This document shows, in pieces, positions 12,191 to 25,551 of a DNA stretch of 40,194 bases. The stretch is from Nemertoderma westbladi. Lineage: Eukaryota; Animalia; Xenacoelomorpha. The stretch's first letter is position 1. The number at the start of each line of letters is the position of its first letter. The notes below the pieces were generated by a model. The model was not told the DNA's origin. It made no database searches and saw nothing but the letters and a program-made list of their open reading frames with translations. The position numbers were made by a program, and so were the translations under genes. The DNA is taken from NCBI GenBank assembly GCA_032718475.1, contig JAUCBJ010003612.1:1-40194 (forward strand). Direction: 5' to 3'.

Positions 12191-14510
12191 GTAAGTCCAA
12201 CCCAAGCCAACAAACATCTGGTAAAGGTAAGTCCAACCCAAGCCAACAAACATCTGGTAAAGGTAAGTCCAACCCAAGCCAACAAACATCTGGTAAAGGT
12301 AAGTCCAACCCAAGCCAACAAACATCTGGTAAAGGTAAGTCCAACCCAAGCCAACAAACATCTGGTAAAGGTAAGTCCAACCCAAGCCAACAAACATCTG
12401 GTAAAGGTAAGTCCAACCCATGCCAACACACATCTGGTAAAGGTAAGTCCAACCCAAGCCAACAAACATCTGGTAAAGGTAAGTCCAACCCAAGCCAACA
12501 AACATCTGGTAAAGGTAAGTCCAACCCATGCCAACACACATCTGGTAAAGGTAAGTCCAACCCAAGCCAACAAACATCTGGTAAAGGTAAGTCCAACCCA
12601 TGCCAACACACATCTGGTAAAGGTAAGTCCAACCCAAGCCAACAAACATCTGGTAAAGGTAAGTCCAACCCAAGCCAACAAACATCTGGTAAAGGTAAGT
12701 CCAACCCATGCCAACACACATCTGGTAAAGGTAAGTCCAACCCAAGCCAACAAACATCTGGTAAAGGTAAGTCCAACCCAAGCCAACAAACATCTGGTAA
12801 AGGTAAGTCCAACCCAAGCCAACAAACATCTGGTAAAGGTAAGTCCAACCCAAGCCAACAAACATCTGGTAAAGGTAAGTCCAACCCATGCCAACAAACA
12901 TCTGGTAAAGGTAAGTCCAACCCATGCCAACAAACATCTGGTAAAGGTAAGTCCAACCCAAGCCAACAAACATCTGGTAAAGGTAAGTCCAACCCAAGCC
13001 AACAAACATCTGGTAAAGGTAAGTCCAACCCATGCCAACAAACATCTGGTAAAGGTAAGTCCAACCCAAGCCAACAAACATCTGGTAAAGGTAAGTCCAA
13101 CCCAAGCCAACAAACATCTGGTAAAGGTAAGTCCAACCCAAGCCAACAAACATCTGGTAAAGGTAAGTCCAACCCAAGCCAACAAACATCTGGTAAAGGT
13201 AAGTCCAACCCAAGCCAACAAACATCTGGTAAAGGTAAGTCCAACCCAAGCCAACAAACATCTGGTAAAGGTAACTCCAACCCATGCCAACAAACATCTG
13301 GTAAAGGTAAGTCCAACCCATGCCAACAAACATCTGATAAAGGTAAGTCCAACCCATGCCAACAAACATCTGGTAAAGGTAAGTCCAACCCATGCCAACA
13401 AACATCTGGTAAAGGTAAGTCCAACCCATGCCAACAAACATCTGGTAAAGGTAAGTCCAACCCATGCCAACAAACATCTGGTAAAGGTAAGTCGAACCCA
13501 TGCCAACAAACATCTGGTAAAGGTAAGTCCAACCCATGCCAACAAACATCTGGTAAAGGTAAGTCCAACCCAAGCCAACAAACATCTGGTAAAGGTAAGT
13601 CCAACCCAAGCCAACAAACATCTGGTAAAGGTAAGTCCAACCCAAGCCAACAAACATCTGGTAAAGGTAAGTCCAACCCAAGCCAACAAACATCTGGTAA
13701 AGGTAAGTCCAACCCAAGCCAACAAACATCTGGTAAAGGTAACTCCAACCCATGCCAACAAACATCTGGTAAAGGTAAGTCCAACCCATGCCAACAAACA
13801 TCTGATAAAGGTAAGTCCAACCCATGCCAACAAACATCTGGTAAAGGTAAGTCCAACCCATGCCAACAAACATCTGGTAAAGGTAAGTCCAACCCATGCC
13901 AACAAACATCTGGTAAAGGTAAGTCCAACCCAAGCCAACAAACATCTGGTAAAGGTAAGTCCAACCCAAGCCAACAAACATCTGGTAAAGGTAAGTCCAA
14001 CCCAAGCCAACAAACATCTGGTAAAGGTAAGTCCAACCCAAGCCAACAAACATCTGGTAAAGGTAAGTCCAACCCAAGCCAACAAACATCTGGTAAAGGT
14101 AAGTCCAACCCATGCCAACAAACATCTGGTAAAGGTAAGTCCAACCCAAGCCAACAAACATCTGGTAAAGGTAAGTCCAACCCAAGCCAACAAACATCTG
14201 GTAAAGGTAAGTCGAACCCATGCCAACAAACATCTGGTAAAGGTAAGTCCAACCCATGCCAACAAACATCTGGTAAAGGTAAGTCCAACCCAAGCCAACA
14301 AACATCTGGTAAAGGTAAGTCCAACCCAAGCCAACAAACATCTGGTAAAGGTAAGTTCAACCCAAGCCAACAAACATCTGGTAAAGGTAAGTCCAACCCA
14401 AGCCAACAAACATCTGGTAAAGGTAAGTCCAACCCAAGCCAACAAACATCTGGTAAAGGTAAGTCCTACCCATGCCAACACACATCTGGTAAAGGTAAGT
14501 CCAACTCACC
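12173..14510 (+). repeat. 36-bp minisatellite built from the exon/intron junction (aacaaacatctggtaaag|gtaagtccaacccaagcc), 65 units
   Basis: First donor at 12191, last at 14495; 2304/36 = 64 intervals with no net indel. Degenerate units continue to ~14580. Confidence 0.98.
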
Positions 14511-14763
14511 CAACAAACTAACAAACATTTGGTATAATGAAGTCCAACCTTACCAAACAATCATATGGTAAAAGTAAGTCATATATCAGGTTTTCATCAA
14601 AAATACAGGTTACAGAAGGGCGGAATATAACCAAAGCAATAAACGAATTAGTATATGTACACGTACAGGTTATAAGACAGAAATAAGCGCTACAAAACAC
14701 TTAATAAAGATAAATTAAAAAAAATAAAAAATCTTCATATATAAAATTCCAATAAAAAGTCGA

Positions 14764-14853
14764 CCGAAAAGTGAAATCCTGGTATTATTCACATGGGCGG
14801 GTAATTCCATACCTTCCCAACGCCCATGTGAAGAATACTAGGTTTTCAGTTCG
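14764..14853. repeat. Imperfect ~36-bp-arm palindrome, probable MITE relic; one arm recurs at 15707-15742
   Basis: gtgaaatcctggtattattcacatgggcg ... cgcccatgtgaagaatactaggttttca. Confidence 0.6.
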
Positions 14854-15632
14854 AAATAGTATTGTAATTTTTAATATGAGATTTAATTTTTTTTATTTTT
14901 CCTTATTAAGTATTATATTGCGCTTATCTCTGTCTTATAACTTGTACAGATACTAGTTTGTTTATTGTTTTGGTTAGATTCATGTGAAATATAACAGCAG
15001 AAAGTCAAGTATATTTCACTTCACATTGGCCTACCCCCCCCCCCCCCCCCCCCACCTCGAATTAATACCTCCCTCTATTTGAAAATGTATCTACCTAAAT
15101 TCCCTGACCTCCTGGCTCCTATTACTCTGTCATATGACTATTAAATTATTGGCCGTCATTAGTCATCATTTTGAGTTCCATAACATCAACAAATTGTTAA
15201 GCTTTCGGTAGCTAATGACTGCAGCTGACGTCCAGAGTGAGCAATACTTTTGTTATTCCAATGGAACGGGGTGTGTAATAAAGTGCGACTGTTATTTAAT
15301 TCCCTTGTATCCCTGGGTGACTTATATATAGGTAACCGGAGTCCGTGTATGTTTTATGAGTAAGGCCGTTTACACCACATGTTGACATACTCTACTGTAC
15401 CGCCGTGCTCACTTCAAGGAAAGAAACTGCGTATGGTTTACTAAGAAATATGAAGCTATTTCTATAGCAGTCGGAACCACACAAATGATTCAACTGCCCT
15501 TGACGGCGTTTATATTACATTTATAGATAGAACGGCTAATTGGTATTTTTCATTAAATTTGCTGATTATCATCACTTACCTTGCACTATGTACCTATTAG
15601 CAGTAATGTCTGCTGGCATGGCGAGACAGTGG

Positions 15633-15980
15633 ATGGGGGATTTGACGCAAATCCCATCACGACGAATTAATGTCTCGTCTTATTGTTTAATTATCAATTT
15701 AAGGCTCCCGTGTGAAGAATACCAGGTTTTCACTTTTCGGTTGGAATTTGATTGGAAATTTATATACGAAGAATTTTTTATATATGAAGAATTTATTGTT
15801 TTGGTTAGATTTAGCCCTCCTGTACCTGTGTTTTTAGTGAAATCCATAGGTATTTTTCACTTAGGTTTCAAAGTGAAATGTAACTACAGAAATTCTGGAA
15901 TAGACCTACTTCACATGTGCCAATTAAGGGAAATGAGCAGCTTAAAAGGCACGTTATTCTAACCAAAACAATAAACTAAA
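15633..15980. mobile_element. Diverged relative of the 9376-9891 MITE
   Basis: gacgcaaatcccatcacgacgaattaatgtctcgtct matches the reverse complement of 9820-9862. It contains the shared tttattgttttggttaga motif in both orientations. Confidence 0.55.
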
Positions 15981-16305
15981 GTCAATATAACAGGAATCTG
16001 CTGCTGGCATATTTCATTTTTCAGATAGGCAAGAAACTATATAAGTTTACCACATTTTTATTTACTAACTTAATTCCATTCTTGGCGTATGGATCTGTGT
16101 CTCTGTACACCAGGAAATTAGATTGTTTGAAGGCAGGTGTGTCGTGACAACATTAGATAAGCAGGTGTTTAGTGACATTAATGTTTGCACAATAGCAGAA
16201 AATTTTTTTGTAAAATGTATTGGGTTTCTAGTACACAGATTTGTAAGTTGGTACGCTTAGAGAAATACCCCTTGCCCAAATAGAGTGATCTGATATGATA
16301 GTATT

Positions 16306-16984
16306 CCTCAGGGGCCCATTTAGCCAAAATATTGGGGGGGGGGTGGCTGTTTTAGGAAATTTTACTGAGTATAATACTGAATTTTGCCCAGTAAAATATT
16401 ATTTTTTATGACCTAAGATCAGTCTCGAGTGATATTACCAATTAATTATACACTTATAAATTTTATTTTTATGTACCGGTACGGTAAAGAAAGTCATATT
16501 TTGCTCTACCAAATAAAAATTGTTCGACTTTATAATCCGCATTTTCGAGGGATAATAAAAGCACATCTTTTTCGAGGCCGAAGTCCGAGGAAGAAATGCT
16601 TTTACCTAAAACCTACACAGCCCTAAAACTACAAAATAATTAAAAATTCCCTCATCTAATGGGCACCGGTAAGCGTGCGTTATAAAGGATTCGGACTGTT
16701 TTTTTGTTCTGCAATATGAAACTGTTAAGTTAATGAATTATCTTATAATTATAAGTTATCATATTGATATTGTGATACTGTTACATTTACATTTTATGTA
16801 GTTTATTTCAATCTTATTATTTCGGGAATACCATTTTTTTATTTCTTCACTGTTCCAAAATTTCCCCACTTCCCCGATCATGGCTGGCCAGCTAATTTAT
16901 AGTAATTAATTGACTTGGCCGACTTGGCCCAAAATATTGGGCCATGGGAGTTGTTGCATCCCTATGCCCAAATGACCCTTGAGG
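16306..16984. mobile_element. Possible degenerate MITE
   Basis: cctcaggggcccatttag versus caaatgacccttgagg imperfect inverted ends; ccaaaatattggg near both ends. No clear TSD. Confidence 0.3.
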
Positions 16985-17560
16985 AGCCCTGGAAATGTCT
17001 ATATATTTGATTTCCAATAATTGTATTTCTTGCCTTTAACAAGGATTATAGCTCACGTAATCGATTTGTAGAGTTGCTCTCTTTCTGTTTCTACTCGAGT
17101 TATTGGTTAGTTAGACTGCTGTCCTTACAAACTCCAAACCCCCATACAATTCTACTTTCCTGTTTCGTATAAATCCAATATAACGTTGTGCGTGAAACTT
17201 GTTGTATCGCTGAATCAATAATCCCAGTACGCAAGCGCACTCCCTCCTTAATGACCAAGGAAGTAATCTGAGTGTGAGTCAGCAGCCAGTAGTGAGCCCA
17301 GATGTGGGAGATAGGTTCAATGTACAGGCTGCTGCTTTATTTATCCATTCTGATGTAGTTGCAGCTAAACTGGTATTATTATAAAATAAAGTTAAGCGCG
17401 CCTCTATAAGGCCCCGCCTCTATTAGAAAAGGACCACATTGCTTTGAACCCCACCGTTTCTAGAAGCCATCCCTCACCCCGGCGCTCTGCCATTCACTTT
17501 CGAACAATAGTACACTAATAATCACTTGACTTCTGGTACCCACTTAAACCCATAATGGCC

Positions 17561-20500
17561 AGGACACACACATTAATGAGGGACACACACATTAATGAGG
17601 GACACACACATTAATGAGGGACACACACATTAATGAGGGACACACACATTAATGTGGGACACACACATTAATGAGGGACACAAACATTAATGAGGGACAC
17701 AAACATTAATGAGGGACACAAACAATAATGAGGGACGCATACAATAATGAGGGACACACACATTAATGAGGGACACACACATTAATGAGGGACACACACA
17801 TTAATGAGGGACACAAACATTAATGAGGGACACACATATTAATGGGGGACACACACATTAATGTGGGGCACACACATTAATGAGGGACACACACATTAAT
17901 GAGGGACACACACATTAATGTGGGGCACACACATTAATGAGGGACACACACATTAAGGAGGGACACACACATTAATGTGGGGCACACACATTAATGAGGG
18001 ACACACACATTAATGAGGGACACACACATTAATGAGGGACACACACATTAATGTGGGACACACACATTAATGAGGGACACACACATTAATGAGGGACACA
18101 CACATTAATGAGGGACACACACATTAATGAGGGACACACACATTAATGAGGGACACACACATTAATGAGGGACACAAACATTAATGAGGGACACACACAT
18201 TAATGGGGGACACACACATTAATGTGGGGCACACACATTAATGAGGGACACACACATTAATGAGGGACACACACATTAATGAGGGACACACACATTAATG
18301 TGGGACACACACAATACTGAGGGACACACACATTAATGAGGGACACACACATTAATGAGGGACACACACATTAATGAGGGACACACACATTAATGAGGGA
18401 CACACACATTAATGAGGGACACACACACATTAATGAGGGACACACACATTAATGAGGGACACACACAATACTGAGGGACACACACATTAATGAGGGACAC
18501 ACACATTAATGAGGGACACACACATTAATGAGGGACACACACATTAATGAGGGACACACACACATTAATGAGGGACACACACATTAATGAGGGACACACA
18601 CATTAATGAGGGGCACACACATTAATGAGGGACACACACATTAATGAGGGACGCAAACATTAATGAGGGACACAAACATTAATGAGGGACACACACATTA
18701 ATGAGGGACACACACATTAATGAGGGACGCAAACATTAATGAGGGACACAAACATTAATGAGGGACACACACATTAATGAGGGACACACACATTAATGAG
18801 GGACGCAAACATTAATGAGGGACACAAACATTAATGAGGGACACACACATTAATGAGGGACACACACATTAATGAGGGCGCAAACATTAATGAGGGACAC
18901 AAACATTAATGAGGGACACAAACAATAATGAGGCACGCATACAATAATGAGGGACACACACATTAATGAGGGACGCAAACATTAATGAGGGACACAAACA
19001 TTAATGAGGGACACAAACAATAATGAGGGACGCATACAATAATGAGGGACACAAACAATAATGAGGGACACAAACATTAATGAGGGACACAAACATTAAT
19101 GAGGGACACAACATTAATGAGGGACACAAACAATAAACGAGGGACACAAACATTAATGAGGGACACACACATTAATGAGGGACACACACATTAATGAGGG
19201 ACGCAAACATTAACGAGGGACATACATATTAATGAGGGACACACACATTAATCAGGGACGCAAACATTAATGAGGGACACAAACATTAATGAGGGACACA
19301 CACATTAATGAGGGACACACACATTAATGAGGGACGCTAACATTAACGAGGGACACACATATTAATGAGGGACACACACATTAATGAGGGACGCAAACAT
19401 TAATGAGGGACACAAACATTAATGAGGGACACAAACAATAATGAGGGACGCATACAATAATGAGGGACACAAACATTAATGAGGGACACACACATTAATG
19501 AGGACGCAAACATTAATGAGGGACACAAACATTAATGAGGGACACAAACATTAATGAGGGACACACACATTAATGAGGGACACACACATTAATGAGGGAC
19601 GCAAACATTAACGAGGGACATACATATTAATGAGGGACACACACATTAATGAGGGACGCAAACATTAATGAGGGACACAAACATTAATGAGGGACACACA
19701 CATTAATGGGGGACACACACATTAATGAGGGACGCAAACATTAACGAGGGACACACATATTAATGAGGGACACACACATTAATGAGGGACGCATACAATA
19801 ATGAGGGACACAAACATTAACGAGGGACACACACATTAATGAGGGACACACACATTAATGAGGGACGCAAACATTAATGAGGGACACAAACATTAATGAG
19901 GGACACACACATTAGTGTGGGACACACACATTAATGAGGGACACACACAATACTGAGGGACACACACATTAATGAGGGACACACACATTAATGAGGGATG
20001 CAAACATTAATGAGGGACACAAACATTAATGAGGGACACACACATTAATGAGGGACACACACATTAGTGTGGGACACACACATTAATGAGGGACACACAC
20101 AATACTGAGGGACACACACATTAATGAGGGAAACGCACATTAATGAGGGACGCAAACATTAATGAGGGACACAAACATTAATGAGGGACACACACATTAA
20201 TGAGGGACGCAAACATTAACGAGGGACACACATATTAATGAGGGACACACACATTAATGAGGGACGCAAACATTAATGAGGGACACAAACATTAATGAGG
20301 GACACAAACAATAATGAGGGACGCATACAATAATGAGGGACACACACATTAATGAGGGACGCAAACATTAATGAGGGACACAAACATTAATGTTGGACAC
20401 AAACATTAATGAGGGACATAAACATTAATGTTGGAAACAAACATTAATGACACCACTAGACCAAGCAGCAGCTTGGTCTAGTGGTGACATTACTGTGCTT

Positions 20501-23060
20501 CCGATTAGGGAGCCCGGGTTCGATCCCTATATGGGGCAGCACTGTTTGGGCACAGTGCTTTAAATGCTGCAGCCTAGCCCAACCCCGGCTTTCATCCTTC
20601 AGTGGTCGATAAATGGGAACCAAGGCAACTTGGGAAACAGAGTGGAAGGGTTTACTGTGGAAGATCACCCATGGTGGTGAACAGGCATTCCTTGGCTTAA
20701 CGAGCCTAAAAGATTCTCCCATTCAACAAACATTAATGAGGGACATAAACATTAATGAGGGGCACACACATTAATGAGGGGCACAAACATTAATGAGGGG
20801 CACAAACATTAATGTGGGACACAAACATTAATGAGGGACATAAACATTAATGTTGGAAACAAACATTAATGAGGGACATAAACATTAATGAGGGGCACAC
20901 ACATTAATGAGGGACACAAACATTAATGAGGGACACAAACAATAATGAGCGACACAAACAATAATGAGCGACACAAACATTAATGAGGGACACAAACATT
21001 AATGAGGGACACAAACATTAATGAGGGACACAAACTATAATGAGGGGCACACACATTAATAAGGGACACAAACATTAATGTTGGACACAAACATTATTGA
21101 GGGACACAAACATTAATGAGGGGCACAAACATTAATGTGGGACACAAACATTAATGAGGGACACAAACATTAATGTGGGACACAAACATTTATGTGGGAC
21201 ACAAACATTAATGAAGGACACAAACATTAATGAGGGACACAAACAATAATGAGCGACACAAACAATAATGAGGGACACAAACATTAATGAGGGACACAAA
21301 CAATAATGAGGGGCACACACATTAATGAGGGACACAAACATTAATGAGGGACACAAACAATAATGAGGGACATAAACATTAATGAGGGAAACAAACATTA
21401 ATGAGGGACACAAACATTAATGAGGTACACAAACATTAATGAGGTACACAAACATTAATGAGGGACACACACATTAATGAGGGACACAAACATTAATGAG
21501 GGACACAAACATTAATGGGGGACACAAACATTAATGAGGGACACACACATTAATGAGGGACACAGACATTAATGTGAGACACAAACATTAATGAGGGACA
21601 TAAACAATAATGAGAGACACAAACATTAATGAGGGACACAAACATTAATGAGGGACACAAACATTAACGAGTGACACAAACATTAATGAGGGACACAAAC
21701 ATTAATGAGGGACACAAACATTAATGAGGGACACAAACATTAATGTGGGACATAAACATTATTAATGAGGGACACAAACAATAATGAGGGGCACATACAT
21801 TAATGAGGGACACAGACATTAATGTGGGACACAAACATTAATGAGGGACATAAACAATAATGAGAGACACAAACATTAATGAGGGACACAAACATTAATG
21901 GGGGACACAAACATTAATGAGGGACACAAACATTAATGAGGGACATAAACAATAATGAGAGACACAAACATTAATGAGGGACACAAACATTAATGAGGGA
22001 CACAAACATTAACGAGTGACACAAACATTAATGAGGGACACAAACATTAATGAGGGACACAAACATTAATGTGGGACATAAACATTATTAATGAGGGACA
22101 CAAACAATAATGAGGGACACAAACAATAATGAGGGACACAAACATTAATGTGGGACACAAACATTAATGTGGGACACAAACATTAATGAGGGACACTTAC
22201 ATTAAATGAGGGATACAAACATTAATGAGGGACATAAACATTAATGAGGGACACAAACATTAACGAGTGACACAAACATTAATGAGGGACACAAACATTA
22301 ATGGGGGACACAAACATTAATGGGGGACACAAACATTAATGGGGGACACAAACATAAACGAGGAACACAAACATTAATGAGGGACACAAACATTAATGGG
22401 GGACACAAACATTAATGGGGGACACAAACATTAATGGGGGACACAAACATAAACGAGGAACACAAACATTAATGAGGGACACAAACATTAATGGGGGACA
22501 CAAACATAAACGAGGAACACAAACATTAATGAGGGACACAAACATTAATGAGGGAACATATTAATGAGGGACACAAACATTAATGAGGGACACAAGCATT
22601 AATGAGGGACACAAACATTAATGAGGGAACATATTAATGAGGGACACAAACATTAATGAGGGAACATATTAATGAGGGACACAAACATTAATGAGGGACA
22701 CAAGCATTAATGAGGGACACAAACATTAATGAGGGAACATATTAATGTGGGACACAAACATTAATGAGGGAACATATTAATGAGGGACACAAACATTAAT
22801 GAGGGACACAAACATTAATGAGGGACACTATAACATTAAAGAGGGACACAAACATTAATGAGGGACACAAACATTAATGAGGGACACAAACATTATTGAG
22901 GGACACAAACATTAATGGGGGACACAAACATAAACGAGGAACACAAACATTAATGAGGGACACAAACATTAATGAGGGACACAAACATTAATGAGGGACA
23001 CAAACATTAATGAGGGAACATATTAATGAGGGACACTTACATTAAATGAGGGATACAAAT
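17561..23060. repeat. 19-bp minisatellite (gggacacamacattaatga), roughly 275 units, interrupted by a SINE
   Basis: Direct reading. Units shift from acacacac on the left to acacaaac on the right. Confidence 0.98.
20451..20724 (+). mobile_element. tRNA-derived SINE inserted in the 19-bp array
   Basis: A box tggtctagtgg, B box ggttcgatccc, central ctttcatccttcagtggtcgataaatggg resembling the SINE at 39090-39125, and candidate TSD aacaaacattaatga at 20436-20450 and 20725-20739. Confidence 0.85.
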
Positions 23061-23344
23061 ATTAAACTGAACTGTGTTGGGCCATTTGGTGATGTGGTGA
23101 AAAAATACAGATTATTAGAGCATACCGGCTACGGGTATATCAACAGTACGGCATGTAGGCCTATACCTCCACCCACTGTTTTGTTCACTTACATCAGTTG
23201 TTCATAGGTAAGTACAATTTGAGAGAGGTGATTGCAGTTCTGCTTGGCCCAGAGCTAGCAAGCATTGATTTTTACAGACCTCTTCCATGTACTTATACTT
23301 TGAGATTCCTTTAGTAGGTTGGTTTTTAGCAAGCCACTGGAGGT

Positions 23345-23678
23345 CAAAGGGTTTACTAGAACTAAGGGTCCACTACAACGATGGGCCCACAAGGACAAAG
23401 GGTTTACTAGGACAAACGGTCCACTAGGTTAAAGGGTCCTCAAGGACAAAGGGTCCGTATAACTAAGGGTCCTCTAGGGCAAAGGGTCCACTAGAACTAA
23501 GGGTCCACTAGAACTAAGGGTCCTCTAGGATAAAGGGTTCACTAGAACTAAGGGTCCACTAGAACTAAGGGTCCACTAGAACTATGGGTCCTCTAGGATA
23601 AAGGGTTCACTAGAACTAAGGGTCCACTAGGACCAAGGGTCCACTAGGACAAAGCATCCACTAGGACAAAGGGTCCAG
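23345..23678. repeat. 17-bp minisatellite (ctagaactaagggtcca), about 19 degenerate units
   Basis: Direct reading. Confidence 0.9.
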
Positions 23679-24371
23679 ACATTTGTGGACGCTTTGTCCT
23701 GGGTTAATTGTAGGTTGCACAAAGAATCCACACCTGCCACAATGTCCACAAACCATGTCACAGAGGTCCGACATTATTTTAATATATGTGCAGCTGTATA
23801 ATTCAGAACTCAAGCTCACGATACGCACACTGCCGCTGCTGCCAACACATACTGCGTCTACTAGCAGGCAGGGTCTTGTATAATGTCCTATAGGTAGTTT
23901 ATGTGTGTGATAAGGCAATCAGTTAATTTTGCCAGGTTCCCCCAATCAAATAATTTCGAAAATTGAACTCAAAAGACGTGTACATAGTAGGCTACATGGT
24001 ATGTTACAAACCATATTTCCCACAAAGTTAAATAATATATAAATCAGAGGTACCCAGACCCACCCATTATACTCATACCAACACAACAGCTCTCAAACCC
24101 ACAACATAATATTATTGAGAACTGCAGAATGAAATCTATCCTCAAGGAGGACGTACTCAGTTGCTATAGTGATATGGATAATTATATAAAATTATACTAT
24201 TATATTATATTATTTGGACTTTAAACTATCTCTTACCCCCCACCCCCACACACACCGAGTTACACATACACAATCCTTCCTACCCCACAGTATCTGAAAA
24301 TGAAGCGAATCTTTTGGTGGTGGTATATAAACTAACCTCTTTATTCACTCGTATTGTTTATTTACTTCCAG

Positions 24372-24413
24372 CACTGGCGTTTTTATATTCGGCGGAAACG
24401 CCGCGGTGAGAAG
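24372..24413 (+). CDS. Putative alternative 42-nt micro-exon HWRFYIRRKRRGEK (plectin exon-2alpha-like position)
   Basis: actaac branch-like motif at 24331, pyrimidine tract and ttccag acceptor, AAG|gtgaga donor, phase 0-0, no stop. Begins HWR like the plectin 2alpha insert (HWRAE) at the same position in CH1. Confidence 0.75.
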
Positions 24414-24908
24414 GTGAGATCGTTGTTAGTTACTTTACGCATGGCCTTCCATCCGCATGGACGTTAATTTCATGTTTCGAGTTTCTCGCATTTAGTAATA
24501 ATATTTTGCGATGCTTAGTGTACAGTATATGTAGTTAATTTATCCACGTATCTGGCCTGTCTAGTGTAGCGTTTTATGTTGAACGTTTACAGCTATATAT
24601 TAATGTGCGAGCATACTTACAAAGTAATGTAAAATAGTTAATGTTTTCGTGTGGTATCAGTAATATTGTCTCGAGAAACTGGTGGTGCAGAACCCAATTT
24701 AAGTATTTATTATCCACCAAACAATACATTTCAATTCCATTTTATTTGAGTTTTAACATTTATTGACATCATAAGGTTACGTTAATATTCCTAGGAGTGG
24801 ATCACGATTTGTTGACTTATAAACAATATGTATCCCCAATAATATTTTAGAATTTCTATCGTAACAATACCATCATAATTATCACGTTTAATAATTTATT
24901 TTCTCCAG

Positions 24909-24998
24909 ACGAATCGTTTAATAACCGATCTTTATGAAGACTTCAGAGATGGACAAAATCTCATCTCTCTACTGGAGGTGCTATCCGGTCAGCAAATA
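24909..24998 (+). CDS. CH1 exon TNRLITDLYEDFRDGQNLISLLEVLSGQQI
   Basis: ttctccag acceptor, gtaagt donor at 24999, 90 nt, phase 0-0, DLYEDxRDG motif. Confidence 0.95.
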
Positions 24999-25296
24999 GT
25001 AAGTATTACCAATTGTTAAACATATACCTAATAATAATGACGAGTTTGTTTTACCATTTAACATACCATTCCTTCGTGTGATTTTTCTACCGTGTACCAT
25101 ACCATCCATGTATGTGGTACAGCTACCGTGTACCATACCATCCCTGTATGTGGTACAGTTACCCTCTACCATACCATCCATGTATGTGGTACAGCTACCG
25201 TGTACCATACCATCCCTGTATGTGACACAGTTAACTTGTACCACACCATCCCTGTATGTGGTACATTTACCTTGTACCATACATACATACCATAAT

Positions 25297-25551
25297 GTCG
25301 CAGTGTCCGAGTGGATACGGCGCCTGGACTGCTTACACAATAGTGTTTGGTGGTGCAGGTTCGAACCCGACTAAAGGCTGTAGAAATTTCGCACTGTTGT
25401 GTCCCTAGGCAAGACACTTTAGACATTAGTGCCTACGCCAACCCAGCGGTATAATGGGAACCTGGCTTTGCTGGGGTAATAATAATAAAAGCGCTTTGAG
25501 TATGCTGAGCGTAGAAAAGCGCTATATAAATATCCAATATTATTATTATTA
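25297..25551 (+). mobile_element. tRNA-derived SINE with L2-like (TAT)n tail, copy 1
   Basis: A box agtgtccgagtgg, B box ggttcgaaccc, gtgtccctaggcaagacactt core, aaagcgctttgag...aaaagcgctatataaat...(tat)n 3' end. Confidence 0.88.

Noticed and set aside
12125-14481. 738-778 aa minus-strand ORFs
   Set aside because: All three minus frames are open only because the 36-bp unit lacks stops; they are pure 12-aa repeats antisense to the real gene.
12191-14500. Recursive-splicing (AG|GT) ratchet sites in the donor array
   Set aside because: Each AG lacks an upstream polypyrimidine tract (the context is A/C-rich), so use as acceptors is unlikely.
25297-25375. tRNA genes here and at 20470, 27694, 32055 and 39198
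   Set aside because: A and B boxes are present, but I could not form a complete cloverleaf, and each continues into a SINE body.
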